64,000 nucleotides of DNA from a bacterium (GCA_037230945.1 JAXUUT010000104.1:26504-90503), one strand, 5' to 3'; positions 10,127 to 21,485 are shown, counted from the first letter of the stretch. The notes: generated from the letters alone by a model not told the origin. Program-made: numbers and translations.

Positions 10127-10642
10127 ATGATCTCCTTTGATTCCATCATCCTGCATTTCTGCCGTCTCGGTCCCGCGGGGCTTGCGCCCAAGGCTCCGGG
10201 CACCGCAGGAGCCTTTTTTGCGACGCTTCTCGCGCCTTTTCTCTATCTTCCCCTTTCCCTGCCGTGGCGGCTCGTTTTTCTGCTGGTGCTCTTCATTCTC
10301 GGCGGCTTTGCCGCCTCCCGTGCGGAAATTCTGCTGAATCGTCAGGACCCGGGCTGCGTGGTCATCGACGAGCTTGTCGGTCAGTGGGTGACCATGCTCT
10401 GCCTCGGCAGCTTTTCGTCCGCTTCCGGCTGGAGAAACGTGGCATTTCTCCTTGTTCCCTTTCTTTTCTTCCGCTTTTTCGACATCCTCAAGCCGTGGCC
10501 CGTGCATGCCTCGGAAAGCTGGCTTCCTTCCGGCTGGGGCATCATGATCGACGACGTGCTGGCCGGCGTGTGGGCTCTTTTGTGCACCAGCGTGGTCATG
10601 GTGATCATCAACCTTGTCCTTCCCGGCACTCTGACTCTGTAA
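10127..10642 (+). CDS. pgpA: Phosphatidylglycerophosphatase A
   Basis: Motifs GTAGAFFA, VVIDELVGQW, FRFFDILKPWP and GIMIDDVLAG. Confidence 0.85.
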   Translation: MISFDSIILHFCRLGPAGLAPKAPGTAGAFFATLLAPFLYLPLSLPWRLVFLLVLFILGGFAASRAEILLNRQDPGCVVIDELVGQWVTMLCLGSFSSASGWRNVAFLLVPFLFFRFFDILKPWPVHASESWLPSGWGIMIDDVLAGVWALLCTSVVMVIINLVLPGTLTL

Positions 10643-10646
10643 CTTT

Positions 10647-11075
10647 ATGAAATATCTGGCCATAGACTACGGGCTCAAGCGGGTGGGCATTGCCGTTTCG
10701 GACATGGACGGCGCCTTTGCCTTTCCCAGGTGCACCTTGAAAAGAGAAACCAAGGCTGCCTTTTTTGCCCAGCTCCTGGAGCTTCTGGACAAAGAACAGG
10801 CAGACGCCATTGTGGTCGGACTGCCCCTGTATACCGACGGAACGGAATGCCTCACTACCGTGCAGGTACGCCATTTCGTGGAGTCCCTGAAGCGGCGCAC
10901 GACGCTGCCCGTATACTGGATGAATGAAGTGCTGAGCAGCGCCGCCGCGGAACACGAACTCTACAACTTCGGCATGGGCTTTCGGGATGTCAAGAAGGTG
11001 GTGGATCAGCAGGCCGCCGTGCTCATTCTCGAGAGCTTTCTGAACCAGCCGGAAGAAAGGAGACTGAGGGCATGA
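10647..11075 (+). CDS. ruvX: Holliday junction resolvase-like / pre-16S rRNA nuclease (YqgF family)
   Basis: MKYLAIDYGLKRVGIAVSD N-terminus, 142 aa, typical YqgF. Confidence 0.9.
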   Translation: MKYLAIDYGLKRVGIAVSDMDGAFAFPRCTLKRETKAAFFAQLLELLDKEQADAIVVGLPLYTDGTECLTTVQVRHFVESLKRRTTLPVYWMNEVLSSAAAEHELYNFGMGFRDVKKVVDQQAAVLILESFLNQPEERRLRA

Positions 11076-12256
11076 CTTCTGAAAAACCAGAAAACGAGAC
11101 TCCCCTCAACGACAGCCCGGTAACCGGTTCTGCAATCGAAAAGGCCGATGAGTCTTCAACCGAAGACTCTCATGCGGCACAGAACAAAAAGCCGCAGGCT
11201 CCCCGTCGCAGACGGAGACCGCTGCTGTGGCTCATGGTCTTCGTGCTCGTGGTCTGCCTCGGTGCGGGCACCTGGGCATGGCGAGACGCGCGCAACTTTC
11301 TGGACACCCCGCCTCAGGAGCCGGGCAAAAGCCTCATCGTAGACATCGAGCCCGGCATGACGCTCGCGCAGGTAGCCGCCATGCTGGAAAAGGAAGACGT
11401 GATCACCGATGCCTGGCGCTTCCAGATGCTGGTCCGCTACAAGGAAAAAAGCCGGAACATTCAGGCCGGACGCTTCCTGGTAAGCACGGGCTGGCTTCCT
11501 GAAACGGTGCTGGACATGCTGGTATCCGGCAAGGCCATGCTCTACAGGCTGACCATACGCGAAGGGCTTGCCTGGTGGGACGTGGCGGAGCTTGTGGAGG
11601 AAGGCGGATTCTGCAAGGCCGCGGACTTCACCTCCGTCATTCACGATCCGGAATTTCTTCGTCACTGGGGCATTCCCTTCGACTCCGCAGAAGGCTTCCT
11701 GTATCCCGAGACCTATCTTCTGCCCCGTCCGCGCGAGCTGAACCGCGACGCGGCAAAAGCCGTGGCCAACCGTCTTGTGGAAATGTTCTGGCGCAGGGCC
11801 GACAAACTGTGGCCCAACGGCAAAAGGCCTTCCACGGAGGAACTCAAACGCCTCGTCACGCTGGCTTCCATCGTGGAAAAGGAAACCAGCGTGCCCGAAG
11901 AGCGTGCCCGCGTGGCCGGCGTGTATGCCAACAGACTGGAAAAGAACATGCTGCTGCAGGCCGATCCCACAGTCATCTACGGACTGGGACGCAGCTTTGA
12001 AGGACCGCTTCTGCGCAGTCAGCTGGACAACGCAAACAACCGCTACAACACCTATCAGAATCCCGGTCTGCCGCCCGGCCCCATATGCTCGTTCGGCGCT
12101 TCGGCGCTCAAGGCAGCCATCAGCCCGGAAAAGCACGACTATCTCTATTTCGTGGCCACAGGGCGAGACCGGGGACACACCTTCTCCAAAAACCTGAACG
12201 ACCATAACCGGGCCGTGCGCGACTACCGCGCAGCGCTCAGGGAAAACAGGAAATAG
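11072..12256 (+). CDS. mltG: Endolytic peptidoglycan transglycosylase (YceG-like)
   Basis: N-terminal TM segment LLWLMVFVLVVCLGAG. YceG motifs include EGFLYPETY, LASIVEKET and LQADPTVIYG. The start overlaps the ruvX stop. Confidence 0.9.
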   Translation: MTSEKPENETPLNDSPVTGSAIEKADESSTEDSHAAQNKKPQAPRRRRRPLLWLMVFVLVVCLGAGTWAWRDARNFLDTPPQEPGKSLIVDIEPGMTLAQVAAMLEKEDVITDAWRFQMLVRYKEKSRNIQAGRFLVSTGWLPETVLDMLVSGKAMLYRLTIREGLAWWDVAELVEEGGFCKAADFTSVIHDPEFLRHWGIPFDSAEGFLYPETYLLPRPRELNRDAAKAVANRLVEMFWRRADKLWPNGKRPSTEELKRLVTLASIVEKETSVPEERARVAGVYANRLEKNMLLQADPTVIYGLGRSFEGPLLRSQLDNANNRYNTYQNPGLPPGPICSFGASALKAAISPEKHDYLYFVATGRDRGHTFSKNLNDHNRAVRDYRAALRENRK

Positions 12257-12288
12257 CCGGGCCGCCAGGCTCCGGGGAGGACTTCCCC

Positions 12289-12384
12289 TTGAAACTTCTC
12301 TCCTCGCTTGTGCTCATGGTCTCCTGTCTTCTGGGACTCGGCGCGTGTCTCGTCATCCTGAAAATGCTGGGATTTTTTGCCTGA
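12289..12384 (+). CDS. Possible 31-aa hydrophobic small protein (TTG start)
   Basis: GGGGAGG Shine-Dalgarno at 12274-12280, 8 nt before the TTG. The peptide is MKLLSSLVLMVSCLLGLGACLVILKMLGFFA. I recognise no homology, so this is a low-confidence call. Confidence 0.25.
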   Translation: MKLLSSLVLMVSCLLGLGACLVILKMLGFFA

Positions 12385-12593
12385 TCCACCGCATGACGCC
12401 GAGGCCTGCACAGCCCCGGAACTGGAACCACGCCAAAGAGGAGCCACAAAAAGTCGCTTTCCGAATGCGGAAAAAAGGTCTGCCCGCCAACAAAAGACGC
12501 CGCGAGACGCCGGCGGGCATTCCCCCTCTCCGCTGAACGACAAAGTCCATGCGCGCCCGGTGGAAGAAAAGGATTCTTCTCCGGAACGTCATG

Positions 12594-12637
12594 AAAAAAC
12601 GGGGCTCCGCCGTCATGCGGAACCCCGTTTTGTGTTT
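12594..12637. terminator. Bidirectional terminator between convergent genes
   Basis: An 11-bp stem with one mismatch (CGGGGCTCCGC / GCGGAACCCCG), an A-run upstream and TTTTGTGTTTT downstream. Confidence 0.6.
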
Positions 12638-12678
12638 TCATGCGAAGGCGTCGCCTGTTTCCGCTTCCCAAGCAGCCA

Positions 12679-13746
12679 TCAGGACATGCCCGCCATGAAC
12701 GCGGGAATCTGGGAAACCAGCGCGAACTCGAGAATATAGAGCGGCAGCAGCGCAAGCACCGTGCGCGACCAGGAAAGGTTGAGCGCGAACTTGCAGCCCA
12801 TGAAGGCCGCCGCCACGAACCAGACGGACGCGATGAGGCTGCCCACCATGGGCACGATGCAGAACACGAGCGGAGCGGCGCTGTAGCACACCACGCGCAG
12901 CGTGGTGGAGAAGTCCGCCCGGTCCGGCTGCACCATGCGTATCATCAGATGATAAAGCCCCGCCAGAATCACCGCCTGAAAAATGGAGAAAAACGGCGTG
13001 ACCAGCAGCATGAGCGGCAGATTCATGCTTTTCATGAGCGCTTCGGCCATGGCCAGCGTCTGCGGATCGGTGGCCGTGCTCGTCAGCTCCTGCAGAGCCT
13101 TCATGGACCAGAGACGTGAGGCAAGCATCTGGAAAAGGCTCAGAAGCACATAAAAAAGAATGGGGCGGACAAGCGAAAAGCTGCAGCGCACATGCCGGAA
13201 GAAGTCCGGCGCGTGGAAGAGCACACCGAGCAGCGTGCGGGAAAAGCTGCCCCAGAACCCGTAATATTCGGGGCTTTCCCAGGGGGCGCCGTCCGGTCGG
13301 CCGTCGTGACGGGAAGCTGGTTCCTCCTGCCCCTCGTCATACTGGCGCACATGCTCGCGCACGCTCTGCCAGCGCTCCCAGAGGCTTTTCGGCCGCTGAG
13401 GGCTCTCCGGCTTCTCTACGTGCGTCTCCTCCTTCTTCTCCGCAGGCTCCTCCCTGTTGAACTGCGGAATCTCGGCTCCGGGAGGAAGCGGGTCATCCCC
13501 TTCCTGTTCCGTGGAAAGATGAGGAACAGCAGGCCTGGGTTCCGCAGCGGGAACGCCCGGCCCCGAGCTCTGAGCGGCTGCAACGTTCTTTTCCGGCTCA
13601 TCGGAAGAAGGCTGCGCTTCCTCCGGCAGGGCGAAATGAAACACGGTGGAGCAGCGCGGACAGGTCACCTTGTATTTCTTTCCGGGCCGTATGGAGGCCG
13701 TGGGCACGTCACGCCTGAAGCGGCAGGAAGGACATTCAATAATCAT
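12679..13746 (-). CDS. Zinc-ribbon (MJ0042-type) / Yip1-domain membrane protein
   Basis: The N-terminus MIIECPSCRFRRDVP...KVTCPRCSTVFHF has two CxxC pairs. A Pro/Glu-rich linker follows, then a C-terminal multi-TM region resembling Yip1/DUF1282. Confidence 0.7.
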   Translation of the reverse strand: MIIECPSCRFRRDVPTASIRPGKKYKVTCPRCSTVFHFALPEEAQPSSDEPEKNVAAAQSSGPGVPAAEPRPAVPHLSTEQEGDDPLPPGAEIPQFNREEPAEKKEETHVEKPESPQRPKSLWERWQSVREHVRQYDEGQEEPASRHDGRPDGAPWESPEYYGFWGSFSRTLLGVLFHAPDFFRHVRCSFSLVRPILFYVLLSLFQMLASRLWSMKALQELTSTATDPQTLAMAEALMKSMNLPLMLLVTPFFSIFQAVILAGLYHLMIRMVQPDRADFSTTLRVVCYSAAPLVFCIVPMVGSLIASVWFVAAAFMGCKFALNLSWSRTVLALLPLYILEFALVSQIPAFMAGMS

Positions 13747-13821
13747 GACAACCTCACAACGTATTTGCTTTCAACAAATATAGACCGGCCGGCCCCTCCG
13801 GGCAAGACGTAAGGCGAGCTT

Positions 13822-14343
13822 TTATCCCTTGAGCAGCATCTGATCGTCCGTCATGCCGAGAGCGCGGAGATGAAGATAGATTTTTGCGGCGGCCAGGGCG
13901 TCGGACGCCGCATTGTGATGATCCAGCTCCAGTCCGAGGTATGCGCACACATCATTGAGGCGATGATGAGGAAGATGAAGCCCCCGTCTCGAGCCCTTGA
14001 CCGTGCAGGCGAAGGGAAGATTCGGCGCTTCCAGCCCGAAGGCCCGGCAGCAGCCGAAAAGAACCCTTCGATCAAAGCTTGCGTTGTGCGCGACCAGAAG
14101 CTGCGCGCCGCCAAGGAAGGCGCGTATGTCCGGCCAAAGTTCGGCGAACGTGGGCTTGTCCTTCAGCATGTCCCAGGTGAGTCCGTGAATTTCGGTAAAG
14201 TACACCCGCGGGCGGGGCGGACGGATGAGGCTGTACCAGTTGGCCGTCACCTGTCCGTCTTCCATGCGGGTCATGCCCAGGGCGCACGCGCTGTCGGCAT
14301 GCTTGTCGGCAGTTTCAAAGTCCAGCGCCACCACGCAGGCCAT
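13822..14343 (-). CDS. DEDDh 3'-5' exonuclease (DnaQ/epsilon-like)
   Basis: Motifs VALDFETAD, VAHNASFDRRVL and HHNAASDALAAA. The ATG at 14343 lies 1 nt after the selB stop (TGAcATG), so I prefer it to the ORF-track start at 14427. Confidence 0.8.
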   Translation of the reverse strand: MACVVALDFETADKHADSACALGMTRMEDGQVTANWYSLIRPPRPRVYFTEIHGLTWDMLKDKPTFAELWPDIRAFLGGAQLLVAHNASFDRRVLFGCCRAFGLEAPNLPFACTVKGSRRGLHLPHHRLNDVCAYLGLELDHHNAASDALAAAKIYLHLRALGMTDDQMLLKG

Positions 14344-14344
14344 G

Positions 14345-16261
14345 TCACGCGCTCCTGCCGCGAAGAACCCGCTTGTCGCCCACGCGCATGGTGAGCTGCT
14401 CCTTGTCGAAGTGCTCGAGCAGGGCAATGCCGTTCTTTCGTGAGATGCCGGAAATGTCGCGGAAATCGCCGGGCGTTATTTCACTGTGTTCCTGAAGGAA
14501 CTGCCGCACCTTTGCCCTGAGCTCGTCCATGACGGAAGAAAGATAATAGAGATCCTCCTTGATCTTCACGAGCGAGCCTTCCGAAACGAGCAGCTTGAAT
14601 ATGGGCTGGGCCTGACGCGCCGTGATGCCGAGCTCGGCAAAGAGCTCGGTATGGTTCGGCGGCATGAGCGGCGAGGCCTCGTGAGCCTTCAAAAGAGCCT
14701 CCTTGAGCGCCTGCTGATCGTCGGCCAGAGACACCTTGTGATCAGGCAGGCGCAGAAGCTCGCCTTCGGCCACGAGTCTGCCCGAACGGATGAGCCTCTC
14801 AAGAACAAAATGCGCCAGCTTGGGCGGCACGCCGGCGCCCATGCCGGCAAGAATGACGCCCTTGGCCATGCCGTGTTCCAGAGGATTCTTCTTGTGGAAG
14901 GCCTCCGTGGCGGCAAGAGCACGATCAAGGAGCCTGTCCAGCCAGGCGGAGGAAATCCAGCAGCGGGCGTCCTTGTCCCAGCACAGGGCGCTGCCTTTGC
15001 CGGACATGGCCTGAAGATGCTTTTCCAGCGACTTCCGGCTGAGATCGGTCAGAATGGAAAGATCGGCCAGCGTTGCGCCGAAGCGTCCGGCAAGCTCGAG
15101 CTGCACGCCGATGCGCGTCTGCTCGTCGGCGTCGGGCAGGGCCATGAGACGCTCCTGCATGGCTTCGTCGATGTGACTGCGCCTTGGCGCGCCGTCCAGC
15201 GGATACAGGATGGAGCCGCCGGCCACGGTGCGCAGGGGCGAAAAGGCCCGCACGATGCATCGGTCGCCGAAAATGCCCGCCACGGGCTCGGAAAAATGCA
15301 CTTCCGCAAGCGCGGTGTCGCCGGGCTCGAGCCTGTCGCGGTCATAGAAGTACAGTCGCGCGGCAAGTTCCCGGGCGCTGTGATGGAAATGCACCTCACC
15401 GCGATGACGCAGTCCCCGGGGCGAGGATTTGAGGCAGGTCAGCTCCACAATCCAGCGCTTCGAGTTCTTCATGGTTCCCACATGGGTGACCACGTCGCCG
15501 CGGCTGATGTCCTCAACGCCGAGGCCGTGCAGATTGAGGGAGATGCGGTGACCGGCCTCGGCCACCTCCTGCGCCTGACCGTGGCTCTGAATGCTGCGGA
15601 TGTGCGAAAGTTTTCCGCTCGGCAGAAGCTCCACCTCGTCGCCGCACTTCGCGGAGCCGGAAACGAGCGTTCCCGTGACCACGGTGCCGTGCCCCTTGAG
15701 GGAAAACACGCGGTCCACGGGCAGACGGAAGAGGTCGGAACGCCTTCTCGGCTGACGGCGGCTTTCCTCGACTATGGCGGCGCGAAGGGCGTCGAGGCCC
15801 TCGCCGGTCACGGAGGACACGGGAAAAATGGGCGCGCCTTCAAGGAAGGTGCCCGTGAGGAACTCCCGCACGTCCTCCTTCGCAAGCTCCAGCATGTCGG
15901 CATCGACCATGTCTGTCTTGGTAAGCGCCACAATGCCGTGCTTCACGCCGAGCAGCGTGCATATTTCCAGATGCTCGCGGGTCTGCGGCATGACGCCCTC
16001 GTCGGCGGAAATGACGAGCAGCACGAAATCTATGCCGGAGGCCCCGGCCACCATGGTGCGCACGAATTTTTCATGGCCCGGCATGTCCACGATGCCCATG
16101 CGCTCCCCGCCGGGAAGATCGGCGTAGGCGAAGCCCAGCTCTATGGTGATGCCGCGGCGCTTCTCTTCACCGAGACGGTCGCAATCTATGCCAGTAAGCG
16201 CCCTGATGAGCGATGTTTTTCCGTGGTCGATGTGACCGGCGGTTCCCATGATGACGGACAT
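14345..16261 (-). CDS. selB: Selenocysteine-specific translation elongation factor
   Basis: GTPase motifs [21 protein letters not shown] and TKTD, plus a long C-terminal winged-helix region. The start [10 protein letters not shown] is at 16261. Confidence 0.92.
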   Translation of the reverse strand: MSVIMGTAGHIDHGKTSLIRALTGIDCDRLGEEKRRGITIELGFAYADLPGGERMGIVDMPGHEKFVRTMVAGASGIDFVLLVISADEGVMPQTREHLEICTLLGVKHGIVALTKTDMVDADMLELAKEDVREFLTGTFLEGAPIFPVSSVTGEGLDALRAAIVEESRRQPRRRSDLFRLPVDRVFSLKGHGTVVTGTLVSGSAKCGDEVELLPSGKLSHIRSIQSHGQAQEVAEAGHRISLNLHGLGVEDISRGDVVTHVGTMKNSKRWIVELTCLKSSPRGLRHRGEVHFHHSARELAARLYFYDRDRLEPGDTALAEVHFSEPVAGIFGDRCIVRAFSPLRTVAGGSILYPLDGAPRRSHIDEAMQERLMALPDADEQTRIGVQLELAGRFGATLADLSILTDLSRKSLEKHLQAMSGKGSALCWDKDARCWISSAWLDRLLDRALAATEAFHKKNPLEHGMAKGVILAGMGAGVPPKLAHFVLERLIRSGRLVAEGELLRLPDHKVSLADDQQALKEALLKAHEASPLMPPNHTELFAELGITARQAQPIFKLLVSEGSLVKIKEDLYYLSSVMDELRAKVRQFLQEHSEITPGDFRDISGISRKNGIALLEHFDKEQLTMRVGDKRVLRGRSA

Positions 16262-16448
16262 GACAGCTCCTGAACGTTCATTTTTCCTGAGAGGAGCACA
16301 GGATACCCGTGCAGGCGCGCGAGGGCAAGAGGCGGAAGACGACGCGACAGGCAAAGGCGACACGGACGTCGGAGGCACGTTTGACTTGACTTGAGGGAAA
16401 AAGTTGCGTAACGGTTCTTAGTTCCAAGTCATAAGAACAGGAAAGACG

Positions 16449-17960
<1,512 letters not shown>

Positions 17961-17990
17961 CCCCGCTGCCTATCCTATCAGGAGTGAGAT

Positions 17991-18230
17991 ATGTCCGTTA
18001 AAGTGAGAATGACCCGCTCTGGTTCCAAGAAGCGTCCCTTCTACCGCATCGTGGCCATCAACAGTGACAGCCGCCGCGACGGCCGTCCGCTGGAATTTCT
18101 GGGCTACTACAACCCCAACACCAACCCCGGCACCCTGAGCCTCGACAACGAAAAGCTTCAGGCCTGGATCGGCAAGGGCGCCGAACTGTCCGACACCGTG
18201 CGCACCCTTCTCAAGAAGCTGGGCAAGTAA
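17991..18230 (+). CDS. rpsP: 30S ribosomal protein S16
   Basis: [22 protein letters not shown]..., 79 aa. Confidence 0.95.
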   Translation: MSVKVRMTRSGSKKRPFYRIVAINSDSRRDGRPLEFLGYYNPNTNPGTLSLDNEKLQAWIGKGAELSDTVRTLLKKLGK

Positions 18231-18253
18231 GGTCTTTCCTTCAAGGACTCGAT

Positions 18254-18285
18254 CCCGTCTCCCGCTTCGGCGGCTGACGGGTTTT
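18254..18285 (+). terminator. Rho-independent terminator after rpsP
   Basis: Hairpin CCCGTC...(inner CCGC-TTCG-GCGG)...GACGGG followed by TTTT. Confidence 0.7.
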
Positions 18286-18770
18286 CGAGTTTAAACGCTC
18301 GTCTGTCGCGAAAAACGCAGAAAAGCGCTTTTTTCGCCGCTTCACCTCCGACCTCTGCGCAATGCGGCGGCCACGGAAGGTCATGCGTGCGCACGACACG
18401 CCGGGCATCGCATATTCTGCTGCGGTCTCCCGCTTGCCGGATCGAGTTCAGAACGCGCAGCGGATCGTCCTTCCCGGCATCCCGGACTCCCGCAACCGTC
18501 CTCACAGTCCCGGCGGCTTTTCATTCACAGCAAAGACCGCTCGTCGTCCGCCCGAACTGACGGGCAGGACTCACTTTTCAGGGACGCTCGTCCCCGCATT
18601 TTCGCGCCTCCCACGCCTGAAACGCATTCAGAATGCTCTTCACGGCTGCCGGCGCCATCTTTCAAACCGTTGACCTGCAAAAGGGATGAGGTTCGAAACA
18701 GGGAAGCCGCGTTCTGCCGATCCGGCTTCTCTTCCCCGCAAGACCTCCTCTCCCATCGGGAGGAGACATC

Positions 18771-20138
18771 ATGTTCAGACATTTCAGCAGGCAGGAAGCC
18801 CGCAATCTGGTCTTTCTCGCCATTCCCGTCTTTCTCGGCCAGATCGCGCAGATCGCCATGTCCTTTGTGGACACCGTGGTGGCCGGCCGCGCCGGTACCG
18901 TCGACATGGCCGCCGTGGCCGTGGCCACGTCGTTCTGGATTCCCGGCACCATGTTCGGGCAGGGACTCATCATGGCCATAACGCCGCTCGTGGCCCAGGC
19001 CACGGGCTCCGGCAACCGCCTCCAGAGCAGACATTTTCTGCGTCAGGGCCTGTGGCTTGCCGTCGCCATTTCCCTGCTGCTCATGGCCATTTTCCTTATC
19101 ATCAGCCGGACCATTCCCCAGTGGGGCACCATGGATCCGCTGCTCGCCCAAAAGACGTCGGAATATCTTTTTGCCGTGCTCTGGGGCGTGCCTGCGCTCA
19201 TGTTCTTCGTGGTGCAGCGCTGCTTTCTGGAAGGACACGGCAGAACGCGGCCTGCCATGGTGTCCGGCTTCATCGGCCTGGCACTCAACGTGCCGCTCAA
19301 CATCATCTTCGTGTTCGGCAAGTTCGGCCTGCCCGCCATGGGAGCCGCGGGCTGCGGCGTGGCCACGGCCATTCTCTTCTGGTTCATGGCGGCATCCATG
19401 CTCTTCTTCGTCCGTCATACGGACAGGGCCGCCCTTGCGCCGGAAAAGCCCATGGTCGCCATTCTCAGACGACTGGTGCGCATCGGTCTGCCGAGCGCCT
19501 TTGCCATGCTCAACGAAACCGCAGCGTTTGCCCTCATCGCGCTCATCGTTTCCCCGCTCGGCGTCACCACCGTGTCGGGCCATCAAATCGCCATCAACGT
19601 GAGCGCCTTCGTGTGGATGTGTCCCTTTTCCATAGGAGCGGCCTCCACCATACGCGTAGGAACGCTGCTCGGCGCCGGAGACATGGCAGGCGCAAAAAAA
19701 GCCAGACTCACGGCCCTCACCATCACTCTGGGCATGGCCTGCGTTCTGGCCGTGCTCATCTATCTCGTGCGCTATCCCGTGGCGGCGCTCTACACCGAGG
19801 ATCAGGCCGTCATTCAGATGGCAAGTCTTCTGCTCATCTGCGAGGTCTTCTATCAGTTCCCCGACGGCGTGCAGACCAATACGCTCTGCTCTCTGCGCGG
19901 CTGGAACGACACAAGGGCCATTTTCTGCATATCCTTCGTCGCCTACTGGGTGGTGAGCCTGCCCGTGGGCTGGATTCTGTGCATGACCGACTTGTTCACG
20001 CCCGCCCCCCTCGGCGTGCTGGGCTTCTGGATAGCCCTCATTTTCGGTCTCAGCGTGGCCGCCCTGCTCTATCTTGTGCGCATCCACAAGCTGGAACAGC
20101 TCTCCGTGGAAGCCATGAAGAAAAAAATCGGCCGCTGA
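18771..20138 (+). CDS. MATE family multidrug/sodium efflux transporter
   Basis: 455 aa with about 12 hydrophobic segments. The N-terminus EARNLVFLAIPVFLGQIAQIAMSFVDTVVAGRAG is typical of NorM-like MATE proteins. Confidence 0.88.
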   Translation: MFRHFSRQEARNLVFLAIPVFLGQIAQIAMSFVDTVVAGRAGTVDMAAVAVATSFWIPGTMFGQGLIMAITPLVAQATGSGNRLQSRHFLRQGLWLAVAISLLLMAIFLIISRTIPQWGTMDPLLAQKTSEYLFAVLWGVPALMFFVVQRCFLEGHGRTRPAMVSGFIGLALNVPLNIIFVFGKFGLPAMGAAGCGVATAILFWFMAASMLFFVRHTDRAALAPEKPMVAILRRLVRIGLPSAFAMLNETAAFALIALIVSPLGVTTVSGHQIAINVSAFVWMCPFSIGAASTIRVGTLLGAGDMAGAKKARLTALTITLGMACVLAVLIYLVRYPVAALYTEDQAVIQMASLLLICEVFYQFPDGVQTNTLCSLRGWNDTRAIFCISFVAYWVVSLPVGWILCMTDLFTPAPLGVLGFWIALIFGLSVAALLYLVRIHKLEQLSVEAMKKKIGR

Positions 20139-20160
20139 GAGAGCAGCGGATCTTTTGGGG

Positions 20161-20205
20161 AAAAGCGCCGGAACACGCCGAAAGGACGTTTCCGGCGCTT
20201 TTCTT
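20161..20205 (+). terminator. Rho-independent terminator after the MATE gene
   Basis: AAAAGCGCCGGAA ... TTCCGGCGCTTTT stem followed by CTTCC. Confidence 0.7.
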
Positions 20206-20965
20206 CCACAAGGCGGCCTCTGACATGAAAAAATATCATATGTCAAAACCGCGCGGGGACGCCGTGCTCTCAGCGGGCTTTCAAGCCCGGCGCACGGCAG
20301 AAGCGCCGCCTTTTCCCCGCAGACCAGCCTGAAGGCAAACGGGAGAGGACCCCGCAGGGTCCTCTCTCGCACATGGGGGACGGGGAGAACAGGCCCCCAA
20401 AGAATGCAGGCCACAGGCTCTGCATTCAAAGATCTCATGACTGCCATGCCCAGTTTTCCTTCATTCGTCACCGTGAGCGACGGCATGAGCCTCACGCACA
20501 CCTTCTGAAGACTTAGCCGGCCATGGAAAACCGGATTCCGTACCTCTGCCGCCCTGCGCAGTCATGATGACTCTGCACGGCAACAGCGGTCTTTTCGGAA
20601 ACGGAGCTCCCCTGCTTCTGCTGCCACCATTCATGAAGCAAAAGTCATGCCAATATATAAATCATGGTATTTCAATATATTATACATTGATAATCTGCTA
20701 AAATGAAACATAATTGTTACAAAGGTCGTGTCCTTTGATATAAAAACGGGAAGACGAGAGACCGGAGGCCTTGAAGAACAGGATTCCGCCCATGAACAGC
20801 CCGCAGCCGACGCGCCGGGTACCGTGCACAGATGCGCAGCGCGAGGCCTTCGCCTCCTGCACGCACGCGAAATGAATTCCGAACGCCGTCTCTTCCGCCA
20901 TTTTTGCTTCCCCGTTCTTCCGAGAAGGCACAAAAGGCCGGAGGCATCCATTTGTCGGCGCGCTT

Positions 20966-21000
20966 AAAAAACAGGCCGCCCGCAAAATGCGGGCGGCCTG
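20966..21000 (-). terminator. Rho-independent terminator after hup
   Basis: Perfect 12-bp stem CAGGCCGCCCGC / GCGGGCGGCCTG with a 5-nt loop. On the minus strand it is followed by TTTTTT. Confidence 0.85.
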
Positions 21001-21023
21001 TTTCACAGACGCTTTGCGCGCTG

Positions 21024-21299
21024 TTACTTGATAGCATCCTTAAGAGCCTTGCCGGGAAGGAACTTCACAACGGAGCAGGCGGGGATTTCAATCTTCTCAT
21101 TGGTGCGAGGGTTACGGCCGGTACGAGGCGCACGCTTGACAACCTTGAAGCTGCCAAAGCCCATCAGGGTGATGGAATCGCCAGAAGCAAGACATTCAGA
21201 GATGGCAGAAATCACAGCGTCAAGAGCTGCTTCCGATTTTACTTTCGTCTCAAGTCCGCTTTTGGCGTAGATCTTCTCGACCAGTTCAGCTTTCGTCAT
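21024..21299 (-). CDS. hup: HU/IHF family DNA-binding protein
   Basis: MTKAELVEKIYAKSGL...GFGSFKVVKRAPRTGRNPRTNEKIEIPA, 91 aa from the ATG at 21299. Confidence 0.92.
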   Translation of the reverse strand: MTKAELVEKIYAKSGLETKVKSEAALDAVISAISECLASGDSITLMGFGSFKVVKRAPRTGRNPRTNEKIEIPACSVVKFLPGKALKDAIK

Positions 21300-21485
21300 G
21301 GTTTCACTCTCCCAAAAATTTTTTGACTCTTTCACTGAGTCACTTTTCAGTAGAATGAGAATCCCCGTATGTCAAGCTCAGCTCCGCTAACCAGAGAAAA
21401 TTTTTATGAAAAAGCTTTTAATGGTTTTTTTTGCGAACTTCCGGCGAAATGCCGAAAACGCAAGCGCCGCAAGCATTGTCCCCCT

